DNA from: Centroscyllium fabricii
Lineage: Eukaryota
DNA: 64,000 bases
Assembly (NCBI GenBank): GCA_051313645.2
Contig: JBNRSN020000024.1
Span: forward strand, 48,918,001 to 48,982,000
Reading direction: 5' to 3'
Notes under the pieces: generated by a model
What the model was told of the DNA's origin: nothing
Database searches by the model: none
The model's input: the letters and a program-made list of their open reading frames with translations, nothing else
In this document: positions 1-13,000 of the stretch, in pieces
Numbering within the stretch: position 1 is the first letter of the stretch
How the letters are laid out: every line of letters begins with the position of its first letter
Program-made: the position numbers and the translations under genes

Positions 1-892
1 AAAGAGTAGCTAAATTTCCAAAGTTAAACATGACTGCAAATTAATTCCTTCAAAAGAACACAGCAGAGGCTAAAATCTTAATTTGCAAAGAATTTGATTG
101 TTTAATAATATAATTCTGTGTGGGGAATGTCTGAGCAGGTAAATGACAAAAGCCGACAGCTAGGACACTGTAGGTGAAAGCTGGTGCACAAGAAAAATAA
201 ATCAGTTACATCACAAATTAAGAGGTACAGATGTAAGATTACAGCAAGAAAGTAGATTGGTAAATTTAATCCAGAGTTCAATTTCGTAAAAATCACTGTG
301 GGGTAAATCTTGGAAGGTTATCATATGAGGCCTCTCAAAAATCATTGTTCAGGGATAGAAGGAAACACACAAAGCACCGGGTCCACTCAAGAGTACTTAA
401 AAGCACTGTAAATGCGGCCAGATTTCTGTATTGTATAATCAACGTCATTTGATCATTTTTTTCCTGATCGATTGTCTACTTTGCACTTAATGATGCAATT
501 GGATTACACATATTAAATGATATTGGTTCCAATGACCGTTCTGTTTATGTACTCTTAATATGGTTGCTGGCTCGCAGATGATTGATTACATTTGTGAACA
601 CATGGTCTTCAGCCTGTGGACCAAACACAAACGATGCTTTATATAAAAAAACAAAGGGAGAACTGAAAAGTGCACGCGTCAGTAGCTGTGTCATTTCTGG
701 CCTGTCTCCTGAACAAGCAGCCCCGAGTTGGCTGCCTGGATTTTAAGAAAACCTCAGTGAGAAACTACAATCTAGGTTCGAAAATATAATGCAGGTGGAA
801 TTGGCGCAAGCTAACGAGCGCTCCCCTTTCTTGCTGCAGTCTTGCATTACCTCTGGGTGCATGTTGAGGAAATGTTCTCAGGCTCATCATAC

Positions 893-1010
893 CCATATTC
901 ACCCAGATGTTGGACTGTTGTGTACGCGTGGCTGGTTGCTGACGCAAGAAAAGTAGGTAGCGAGGAAACAATTCCAACTCGGCTTGATTACTCGTCGTGT
1001 TTTTAATTAC
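893..1010 (-). CDS. USP32: USP32 exon ~16 (VIKNTTSNQAELELFPRYLLFLRQQPATRTQQSNIWVNM); an alternative donor extends it to 851
   Basis: Acceptor atttag|GTAATT, donor ATATGG|gtatga (118 nt); second in-frame donor CCAGAG|gtaatg 42 nt downstream. Confidence 0.93.
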
Positions 1011-4000
1011 CTAAATAAGATAGAAAAATGAAAATGACTACAGTTAGTTACTGTCCTGATCACACAGTTGCAGCAAATGCCACAAAGAACCGCTCAAATT
1101 TCTATACTTGGTACGTGTAACATGATTTGCTGTCAATGACCAAGATTTTGGATAAAACGTGCCAGAGGCAGTGAATTGAAGCAGTAACAAATCATTTGCT
1201 ACATGAAAAGACAGCATAACAGGGTGCGTAAAAATTCATTATACTAAACGCTCTAGATATTTGCAGACATCTTCGTCGTTAAGCAAAGTAAAATACAGTC
1301 GAGGAACAAAAATTAAAATGTTCTTGCATTGCTCAAAAACTGAAAACTTCTGTTATTGCCAGTTTTGGACTCGGTGCTCAATTTTTAAATCATTACGTTG
1401 GTGATTATGCATAATCAAATTATTAAATTCTCTAACATTAAACTAATCAGTATTATGTTCAGACAGTTAGATATTCTAAAACTTTGCAGTTATATGATTT
1501 AACATCCTAATTCGGTCAACTCCTGTAACCAAAAAAAAAAAACGTATTTACCCTTTCTCGTATTTTCCTCAGGGAAAGATGAAGTACAGGCTTTAAAGAT
1601 GAAAGTGGAAAATTATTCCCTGACTGACTATATCATTAAAAAGAGGTTGACGGTTTAGAAGTTAAGGTACAGTACCACCGTTTCATAGACTTGTGAGTAT
1701 CCACCTCAAGTAACAGCATAAATATCTGCGGCAATATGTACTGGTGCAGTATACTCCCAAGTACATTATCATGCTTGGAAAATACAGTAATGTAGCCTGG
1801 TGGTTACGGTACTGGACAAGCAACCCAGTTGTGAGTTTATATCCCACTGTGGTAAATTGTGATCTAAATCTGAAATTCGAAAAATAATCATAAAAGCCGT
1901 AGGATTGTTGTAAAACCCCACTGGTTTGCTAATATCCTTCAGGGAAGGGACTTGCCAACCCCATCTGGTGTAGCCTATATGAAACCCCAGTCCCACAAGT
2001 GCGGTTGACTCTCAATGCTGTCTCGGTAACTCGGTACGGGCAATATTGTCTTACCAGTTTCTCACACTGCAAAAGCAAATAAAAGAAAAAAAATCTCCTC
2101 ATTTGTGTTCTATTAAATTGGTATTAAATGATTGCAACCAGTTCCATTCTAAACAAATAACTCAATGGGTTAAAAATACACATTTATTTTGAGATATAGT
2201 TATGAATCATTTCAAAATAAATATTTATTTTAATTGCTCATAAAAGGTTCATATTACTTTTAAAGTTTTTTCCCCCCAAATCAAGCACATTTTTAATTAA
2301 CATGTCCATAAAATATTCTAAAATACTTGCATGTTTTCTGGAAAAAATCCACAAAATTGAATGTCCACGTAAAAACACTGAAAATAAGTTCTATGGCAAA
2401 GATAACTTACAGGCCTTGGTAGAGACAGGTTTGCCCCATACCAATGATACAATGCCCTCCACACAGGCTCTGGGACAATCTCATAGTCCTTGCCTCGAAC
2501 CAAAGCTGGATTCCGTTTCAGGCGTCCACCCTCTAAAGTTAATGTAGGAGCCTTTACAAGAAAAACAACTCCATTTATTGAAACATACAAAAAACAAAAA
2601 CATGACAATTGTGGACATTTTCACACACATGATAAAACGATAAGAGTAACCCTAAAAAACCTGGACATGTGGCATATCACAGGTGTTCACGCATAAATGA
2701 TCTCGACTTAGGATCTGTGGGAATATCATCAAATCTGATGACACCAAATTAGGCTGTGAGACAAATTGTAACAAAGATCATGAAAGTCTGCAGGAAAATA
2801 CTGCATTATCCACACATATAAAGGGATAGCTAGAGGCCAGAAAGCAAAACAAGGATGCTCCCTGGATTGGCAGAATGTGGATAGTGGTGTGCCCCCGTGT
2901 CCTGTGCTAGATGCTCTTTTGTTTTCCACTGATACAAGCAATTTGGATGTAGGCACAAGAGGAACACTATTGAAGTTTGCTGGTGAAAATAGGCGGTCTT
3001 GGTGATGGAGCGGATATGGGGTCAGAAGCTCAGCTCAAGTTGGACAGTAAGGTTACAAACCATCTGGCAGTGGCCAGAGAGAGGGATGGAGTCCATGGCT
3101 AGGGAACGGAATTTGTGGCGGGGACCAAAGACAACGGCTTCGGTCTTCACAATATTTAATTGTAGGAAATTTCTACTCATCCAATACTGGATATCGGACA
3201 ATCAGCGTGACTAATCAGAGGCAGTGGAGGGGTTGAGAGAGGTGGTGGTGATGTAGAGCTGGGGGTCGTCAGCATATATGTGGAGCCTGATGTTGTGCTT
3301 TCAAGGTGATGTGACTGAGGGGCAGCATGTAGATAAGAAATAGGAGGGGGCCAAGGATTGATCCTTCGGGGGCATATGGTAATGATGCGGGAGTGGGAAG
3401 AGACGCTATCGTCTGGCTACGACTGGAGAGATAGGAAAGGAACCAGGTGAGGGCAGTCCCACCCAGCTGGACAACTGAGAAGAGGAGTTGGCGGAGGATG
3501 GTTTGGTCAACAGTGTCAAAGGCTGCAGAGTATGTGGTGAAAATTCTTATGAAGCTCAATTAAAATCTGGTTTAAGTTTAGTTTTAAATTGAAGTAACAA
3601 ATTTAATTTTGATGGATGACACCATAACACATCAGTTATTTCCATTATTTTCAAAAAGAATTATGTTTACAATCAAATCAGACTGCAGTTTCAAATTTGC
3701 TGCTGGCCCAGTCAATCCTAGGGCAATACTTGGGGCAAAAGGATTTTTTTTTAACAAAGATTTTGTTTCTACTGTAAGCGGTAAAATACTGCAGATAAAT
3801 GTCCAAGTGGTGCCCACTCTGAAATTAAGGCCATACTTGATCTAGGTATGGAAATGTGAAGTACCTCTGAAAGTCAGTCACCATAGAATGATATCAAATT
3901 TATATCAGTCCAAAGATGTACGGGTTAGGTTGATTGGTCATGATAAATTGACCCTTAGTGTTAGGGGCTTTGAATATGTGGGGTTACGGGGATAGGGTGG

Positions 4001-7000
4001 GATATGTGTCGATGGAGGCTCGATAGGGATCGAGGGATATGGGGAGAGGGCAGGGGCGGGGTGCTGGGTTTGGATGATCGGCCATGATCTCATTGAATGG
4101 TGGAGCAGGCTCGAAGGGCCGAATGGCCTACTCCTGCTCCTAGTTTCTATAACACTCGTTTCCGTTATGTTGATCCTCCACACAAGCAGTCATCCTAATG
4201 TCTGCCCTATCCAACCTATTCTTAAATGCCAATATGGTCTCTGCTTCAATCACTAATCCTGGTAGTGCATTCCACTTAGTATTCTCTTAGCTTCTTTTAT
4301 GTCCTTATCCATTGAGGTACTACTTTTAAGGTCTTATGAACATGAACCCCCAAATCCAGCTGCACATGATAGTATAATCATGAAATATATACACACACAT
4401 ACACTTTTTTTTTTTTTTTTTTTTTTAAACCAAAAATGTTTTAAATCTTTTAAACCACCGCATATTTACTGACACTGAATTCCATCTGCCATCTTTTTGC
4501 TCATTCCACCATCTTATCAATAACTCCATGCGGCTTCCTTTTGGTAAATACAAAGGTGTGACTTGACTGGAATGAAGCAAGAGCTGGAGTGGTTTGAAAT
4601 GTCAGATCAGAAGCATGTTTGTTTACCCCAAGGCTCTGCTGTACATTACGTCTTCGCTCATTTAAATCTCATATGAATAGGACCGGTTGGTTATTGTTTC
4701 GCTAATGTTTACATGAGTGAACATGATATCGAGCTGTCAAAATGACTTGATCTCAGAACATTTTGTGAAACATCCATCACAGTTGAAAACCGATCACCAA
4801 GAATCATGGGCCTAATATATACTCTGAATATTTAGTCTGAAAGTTTTTACATGTTTGGCACAAGTTATAGGACATTAAATTTAACATTTTGAAAAATTCA
4901 TAGTAAATGTAAGGACTTTTCATCTTTGGAGGCACTGTATATCCATACCTTCACAGACCCTTGCATTACAAGTAACTGGTTATCAATAGCTCCTGGTTTC
5001 TGCGGACCAAGTTGTGCTAAAATGTTCCCATTGGCACCCAGGAAACATTGGCCATTATTGTCCGAATTGTTGTGCTGTCTAGGAAAGCAAGCATCAGTAC
5101 CAGGTGGACTGGACTGGTATAAACCTGAAATAAAAGAAAACATTATCCTTAAAATACCTTCAGATTTTAATCTGCTTTTGAATGCAAAACACTCTTTTAC
5201 TAAAAATGGTAGAGTTTTGATTTTCTTATAATCTATCAAAATCCTTGCACTAAATACCAATACAGCCTCCTTAAATTGGAAAGATAAACATGTCATGCTT
5301 TCATCAGGCTTCTGCTGCAATCAGGACTTTGATATAATGAATGCGATTGGTTCACATATACAGGTTGAGCACCGGTAATCCGGCACCCGATGGTCCGGCA
5401 GCTTCAGTGGTTCGGCACGATTGGAAACCGGCGCTCTTCATTTTGTGGAGTAGCCGCTCAGCGGCGCTACCATTTCCCGTGAAGGGTGAGCGAGCGCCGA
5501 AGGAGTTGGGTGTTTGGGATTCTGTTTTTTTAGGTTTTGTTAAGTGTTCTATCCCCGGGCTCCCTCCTGGGGAGTGTTCTACCGTGCGCTCCGGGCACGG
5601 GGAGTGTTCTACCGCGCGCTCCGGGCACGGGGAGTGTTCTACCGCGCGCTCCGGGCACGGGGAGTGTTCTACCGCGCGCTCCGGGGAGTGTTCTACCGCG
5701 CGCTCCGGGCCCCGGCGAGTGTTCTACCCGCGCGCTCCGGGCCCCGGGAAGTGTTCAACCGCGCGCTCCGGGCCCCGGGGAGTGTTCAACCGCGCGCTCC
5801 GGGCCCCGGGGAGTGTTCAACCGCGCGCTCCGGGCCCCGGGGAGTGTTCAACCGCGCGCTCCGGGCCCCGGGGAGTGTTCAACCGCGCGCTCCGGGCCCC
5901 GGGGAGTGTTCAACCGCGCGCTCCGGGCCCCGGGGAGTGTTCAACCGCGCGCTCCGGGCCCCGGGGAGTGTTCAACCGCGCGCTCCGGGCCCCGGGGAGT
6001 GTTCTACCGCGCGCTCCGGGCCCCGGGGAGTGTTCTACCGCGCGCTCCGGGCCCCGGGGAGTGTTCTACCGCGCGCTCCGGGCCCCGGGGAGTGTTCTAC
6101 CGCGCGCTCCGGGCCCCGGGGAGTGTTCTACCGCGCGCTCCGGGCCCCGGGGAGTGTTCTACCGCGCGCTCCGGGCCCCGGGGAGTGTTCTACCGCGCGC
6201 TCCGGGCCCCGGGGAGTGTTCTACCGCGCGCTCCGGGCCCCGGGGAGTGTTCTACCGCGCGCTCCGGGCCCCGGGGAGTGTTCTACCGCGCGCTCCGGGC
6301 CCCGGGGAGTGTTCTACCGCGCGCTCCGGGCCCCGGGGAGTGTTCTACCGCGCGCTCCGGGCCCCGGGGAGTGTTCTACCGCGCGCTCCGGGCCCCGGGG
6401 AGTGTTCTACCGCGCGCTCCGGGCCCCGGGGAGTGTTCTACCGCGCGCTCCGGGCCCCGGGGAGTGTTCTACCGCGCGCTCCGGGCCCCGGGGAGTGTTC
6501 TACCGCGCGCTCCGGGCCCCGGGGAGTGTTCTACCGCGCGCTCCGGGCCCCGGGGAGTGTTCTACCGCGCGCTCCGGGCCCCGGGGAGTGTTCTACCGCG
6601 CGCTCCGGGCCCCGGGGAGTGTTCTACCGCGCGCTCCGGGCCCCGGGGAGTGTTCTACCGCGCGCTCCGGGCCCCGGGGAGTGTTCTACCGCGCGCTCCG
6701 GGCCCCGGGGAGTGTTCTACCGCGCGCTCCGGGCCCCGGGGAGTGTTCTACCGCGCGCTCCGGGCCCCGGGGAGTGTTCTACCGCGCGCTCCGGGCCCCG
6801 GGGAGTGTTCTACCGCGCGCTCCGGGCCCCGGGGAGTGTTCTACCGCGCGCTCCGGGCCCCGGGGAGTGTTCTACCGCGCGCTCCGGGCCCCGGGGAGTG
6901 TTCTACCGCGCGCTCCGGGCCCCGGGGAGTGTTCTACCGCGCGCTCCGGGCCCCGGGGAGTGTTCTACCGCGCGCTCCGGGCCCCGGGGAGTGTTCTACC

Positions 7001-10000
7001 GCGCGCTCCGGGCCCCGGGGAGTGTTCTACCGCGCGCTCCGGGCCCCGGGGAGTGTTCTACCGCGCGCTCCGGGCCCCGGGGAGTGTTCTACCGCGCGCT
7101 CCGGGCCCCGGGGAGTGTTCTACCGCGCGCTCCGGGCCCCGGGGAGTGTTCTACCGCGCGCTCCGGGCCCCGGGGAGTGTTCTACCGCGCGCTCCGGGCC
7201 CCGGGGAGTGTTCTACCGCGCGCTCCGGGCCCCGGGGAGTGTTCTACCGCGCGCTCTGGGCCCCGGGGAGTGTTCTGCCGCGTGCTCCGGGCCCCGGGGA
7301 GTGTTCTGCCACGCGCTCCGGTCCCCAGGGAGTGTTCTGCCGCGCGCTCCCCCCCGAACCTTCAGTGGTTCGGATTTTTCAGTGGTCTGGCACTGGCCTG
7401 GTCCCGTGGGTGCCGGATTAACGATGCTCAACCTGTACCTTCATCCACACTCCACTACATTGTTTATAACACAGTTCTAGACTCTGGACTCCCTGAATGC
7501 AATTTTTCTTGGCACTTCAGCTATTACAAATATAGACTGAGCTGAGAAGAAATTAACTGAACACCAGAGACGCCAACCAGCTAAAACATTAAATCCCAAC
7601 CCAAAGACATCCACATTCATTCACACACAGTTACATCCATCTTTCCCTTTTTGAAAGCTGCGGTTAATTTCCAGTCTTCATCTACTCTCTCACAAAACAT
7701 GCTGTGCTCAAAGTCTTTTGCTTCCTGCCACAACAATTTCTCTTCCATTTAGTACGATCTTAATCAGTGGTCTGTAAAACTCCATGAAGTGGAGCTAATT
7801 GGTCAGCCCAATTACTACACCACCAGATATTCAAAATTATGCACCTGCCGAGGTCCCTGAAGGTACATTGCTATTTTAAGCACAATTATCAGGTTTTTTT
7901 ACAATAGGAATCTTACCAGAACCATAAATAATGTACCAGGTTACGTTCACACTGGGCTCGATATTTATACAACTTGGATCAGACATCTTAATACACTTGC
8001 TAGTTTTGTCAGTTGTTTAGTTCAGTCCATTTATTATATAAATTTTACATCCAAAGGGAATTTGACACTTGCACCTAGTTCCAATGTGTGCAATAAAATT
8101 AACAAGACAATGGTTTCAAAAGATCTGTATTGCACAAGCTAAAAAAAAAATCACGTTACCAGTGCCAGTGCTCTCAGATGCTTCAGATGCAATTGATATG
8201 TTGTCGAAACATTTTTCATCCACAGAACTGAAGGAATTCTGCACTCCAGGCTTATCTTCACCCTGATCCACAGTGTTCAGTAGGTGCTGGCTTTTCACTA
8301 AATTCATTATTGAAGAGGGTTCCAATATGACTGGCTTTGCTTCCTGTAATAAAAGCAGGAAAGGATGAAACAAATCAAGAACTGAAAGGTAACAAGCATT
8401 AATTACACAGCCACATCTATCAACAAACACTGAGAATACAAGCTAAAGCTAGTTCAAGATCCTTTCTAACAATTTGTTTGGTTTAAATTAATACCCTCCT
8501 TTATACAGAAGCCATAAATTCTAACCGTCAAGATAAATTTTTTGACCCATATGCAAGTTTTTGGTCCCCTTCTACTATTCAACAAGGATGGGCAAAGGGC
8601 CTGCACTTTCAATCCCACTATTTAGTTGGCTACTTAAACGTCCTTATGGACAGCCCAAGATGGCTAACCTGAAGATTTTCTGTACCTCACTATCGGGAAT
8701 TAGTTAACTTCTGTTAACACCTCCGCTAGTTTATACAGGAGTTTCAGGATTCAGAAAATGTGTGCACACACCTCGACTCTGCCACTCAACTGATGCACTA
8801 ATTTGGAGCACAGACTGCCATTGTTCCAGCTAAGTTGCACTTTTCTTCCAATGGAACTAGAGTTCTGTTCTTTTACTCATCCACAGCTTACCTACAATTA
8901 TTAAATCTATTACAACACAGAATCACCTTGGTTAGTAAAATAGAAACCAAAAGCACAATGGAACCTATTTTTGAAATAGAACGTGCCCTTGATAAATATT
9001 ATTCCACCAAAGGATTTTAAACAGCTTTCAGGGCACTCGAACCAGTATATAACCATATGGAGATTATTTTAAAAATCTGCTTGAAGCATTCATTTTCTGT
9101 ATTTTGGCAAAAATGTTAACACATAACAAAAACATTGTTTTCTCAAACTACTGCACTTGCTGCACAGTTTAGAAGACAACAGCGGACTATAATGTGACAG
9201 AATTAAAGCTACATTGTACTTCAAACAGGAATATTTTTGGTGGAGATGAATTTTGATAGTATGTTAGATAGATTGAATAATATGAATTTAAAATTGACTA
9301 GTTAACTGTGGTTGAAACAGACTATTCTGACTTGCTGTCAAAAGCAATATACAATAATTTGAATATATCTAGATATATCCACATTTCACAAGGGCAAGGA
9401 ACATGGATGCATCTGGCCTAGCCAGCTCTCGACAGTGATGTAATTGTCTGTATCCAGAGCAGCATCAGAAATGACCTCATAGTTGAAAGATTCATGTATT
9501 CTAGCTTGTAAAATAAGAGACGGCAAAACTCTCTCTAAATGGCTGAACCATCAAGGATGTAATACTCTAGTCCAAATTCCAATATGCATTGTGTCAGATC
9601 GTTCTTTAGTATGCCCGCCAGTACTTTGTACATCTTTAATTTTTGGTACTGAAACCTGTATTTGGAAGTCCCGGAAAGGTGCAAGAGCTGAGGGTTTCCC
9701 TGAAGACTTGACCTCCCTGCTTTGAACACCTATTTCCACACTGAAGCTGCAAAGAGTAGCTCCGTGAAAGTTCAATTATGTTACGTCAGAAACTCAGTTG
9801 AAAGATTGTAAAACGGACTACACAGATTTTGGACTACAGGTTGAGCACCGGTAATTCGGCACCTTCAATGGTCCGGCACGAATCGAAACCGGTGGTCTGC
9901 AGTTTGCGGAGTAGCCGCTCGGCGGCGCCACCGTTTCCCGTTGGCCGGCCCACGTGATCCCAGGGACGCTCGCGAACCGCCAGCACCCTGCGACACGCGG

Positions 10001-13000
10001 CCCTCTCCCCGGCAGCACCCCGCGATACGTGGGCCTCTACCCGCCAGCACCGGAAAGTCCCAGGACCGCGAATCTACGTACCTCCCGGACCAACAGGCAG
10101 GCGGGCAACTTATTTGAGCACCGGAGAGTCCCAGGACCGCGAATCTACGTACCTCCCATCCCCTCACTCTTTGCACCGTTCTACTCGCGCGCAGCGGCCA
10201 CTTGGATTGATCTAAGTGCGCGCTGCGGCCACTCGGCCGGTCTGCGCATGCGCTCCCCGAACATTCAGTGGTTCGGCATTTTCAGTAGTCCGGCACCAGC
10301 CTGGTCCCGAGGGTGCCGTATTAACGGTGCTCAACCTGTATTACTTTTTGAACAGGTTGAAGTATTGTACAAGAGATGCATTATACCAGAGGTTCCTTGC
10401 TGTGCTTTTCTTCGGTGTAATTATCTCACTTGTAATTTTTTTATATAGCTTGACGAATATGATCTAGTGTGATACTTATCACCTTTTGAAATGGAGAGAA
10501 GCACACAGTCAGCAGTCCATGTGGTCTCCAATGTAAAATACTATAGTGAATGGGTCATTATTAGACTCGGGACATACTACGCCATTCACATGACGTGAGG
10601 ATTGCAAGTTTTAGTTTATAGATGTGGGACTGCGAAGGGAAACTGTCTTTTTGCTGCAAACAGGAATCAAGGTTGAAAGAAAAACCTGATGTGTGTCAAA
10701 TAAAGACATGGCTAAAGGCATTCAAAATGTTAAACCTTTTTGATACCCTAAATTATATAAAAGTGCTCTTTTAATACATTCGAATCACCTAGTAGCTTCA
10801 CTTTGTTTGATGTTGATGCATTCGCATCTGTAATGCTGTATTCATTTCTCAGTACATATTTACTCCTGAATTTTATTCCTTGAATGACAAAGTAAGCACT
10901 TGTCCCTTTTATGCAGGCATAAAACAGAATTTTAAAAAAAAGTTTTCATCATAAGACTCTTGAGCAGTTACAAAAAGCTGCAAGTTTGAAGAGGGACGAT
11001 TGAGAAAATATTTAAAAATAAAAATGTTATTTTGGCACCTCCAAAATTAAGCTAAGGCTCCTGGCGATATGCATTACTAGCACAGTACAATTATTGTTGT
11101 ATTCCCTGACCGCCACACTGAAAATAAAGAGCTTCAGTACTACAATGAAAGTCATTTGAATGCAATATTTATTACTACCCACTGTTTCACAATAATCTTT
11201 CTCCCACAGCTGAGTTTTTAATCTTGCCTTCAAATTTTTAGTCCTGACTACAGGCTGATTTAAAAAAAAAAATTAAACATCAAATTGAAACAATACATTA
11301 TGCATAATGGCAATATTGAAATACCATTTCCTTAATTACATTCACTGGTATTAAATGTAACCATGGAGTAAGTATTGGAAATATGCACTCAAATGCTCAG
11401 GGATGCACACAGCTGCTCGAGCATCGGGCCAGCACTGGTGAGCAGTGTCACCACATCTTCTGTATCATCTCGCATTCCACTGCTCATGTGACAACATCTG
11501 TAATGGTGACTAGGTCAGTCCATGATTCATTGTATACCAACTTATTGGTTGAATAATCAATTTTAACTTCTGGACTAAAATAAAAAGCAGCTGGTTTTGG
11601 AGCACACTGAGGTTTCTTACACAACATGAGAAGCAGGAGGAGTAGGCCATACGGCCCCTCGGCCTGCTCCGCCATTCAATAGGATCATGGCTGATCCGAA
11701 CTTAGACTCACGCCCACTTCCCTGCCCGCTCCCCATAACCCCTTATTCCCTTATCAGCTGGGAAACTGTCTATCTCCGTTTTAAATGTATTTAATGTCGC
11801 AGCTTCCACAGCTCTGAGGTAGCAAATTCCATAGATTTACTGCCCTCTGAGTGAAGAAGTTTCTCTTCATCTCAGTTTTGAAAGGGCAGTCCCTTATTCT
11901 AAGATTATGCCCCTAGTTCTAGTCTCACCCATCAGTGGAAACATCCTTATCGCATCCACCCAATCAAGCCCCCTCACAATCTTATATGTTTCGATAAGAT
12001 CGCCTCTCATTTTTCTGAATTCCAATGAGCAGAGGCCCAACCGACTCAACCTTTCCTCATAAGTCAACCCCCTCATCTCCGGAATCAACCGAGTGAACCT
12101 TCTCTGAACTGCCTCGAGAGCAAGTAAATCTTTTCTTAAATATGGAAACCAAAACTGTACGCAGTATTCCATGTGTGGCCTCAACAGCACCCTGTATAAC
12201 TGCAGCAAGACTTCCCTGCTTTTATACTCCACCCCCCTTGCAATAAAAGCCAAGATTCCATTGGCCTTCCGGATCACCTGCTGTACCTGCAGACTAACCT
12301 TCTGTGTTTCATGCACCAGGACCCCCAGATCCCTTTGTACTGTAGCACTTTGCAGTTTCTCTCCATTTAGATAATAAATGTGTGAATCTCTAAGTAGCTG
12401 ATACCTCGATCAATTTGTTGTGGTATTTAGAGCGTTGTGTTATCTTCTGCAAGCTGTACAGTTTATATGCAATGAGGTATGTGCGAGGCTACACACAATA
12501 GGCATCAGAGCTATTTGCTTTTGTAATTGGTCGTCTCAATTTACAACTATTTAAATGCATCAACAAAATTTATTAAAACTTCATATTTATATACTGCCAT
12601 AAGGTTTTAACTGTGGGATCCAACCTGTGACATGTGGAGGGGATGGGAAGTGAAGGAAACACGCATCTCAAAGATGCATTTGCTCAGTGAAAACTTTATA
12701 CATCATCTCCCCCTCAGCTATAAGGCCAAGTACTAATTTGCTTCAAATCATTTATGTAAATCCAATCTACTTGAATAAGGTTACATGAATAACTTAAGGT
12801 GGGACTAGATTCCCTTTCCCACCTATTTATTTACATATTGTTTTGTCAGGCATCCAGGCAACATTTTCTTTGCTGTGCAATATATTGTACAAGAGCTTAC
12901 CCTATGACTCAAAGAACCAAAAAAATAAGATCATTCTTTCTGTTCAAAATCAGAGCACATGTGCCATGATGACACAAAACAAAAGTTCTGTGATCGTACA

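Noticed and set aside
5570-7350. CRISPR-like array
   Set aside because: Head-to-tail repeats with no unique spacers, no cas genes, and a eukaryotic intron context.
5341-7545. Three long + strand ORFs (625-734 aa)
   Set aside because: Artefact of a stop-free 31-bp tandem repeat inside a MITE, antisense to USP32; the same peptide repeat appears in all three frames.
12620-12720. Minus-strand hairpin ending in ACA with a UGAG-like loop (possible scaRNA half)
   Set aside because: No clear 5' hairpin or H box, and the putative pocket-to-ACA spacing is too long; insufficient support.
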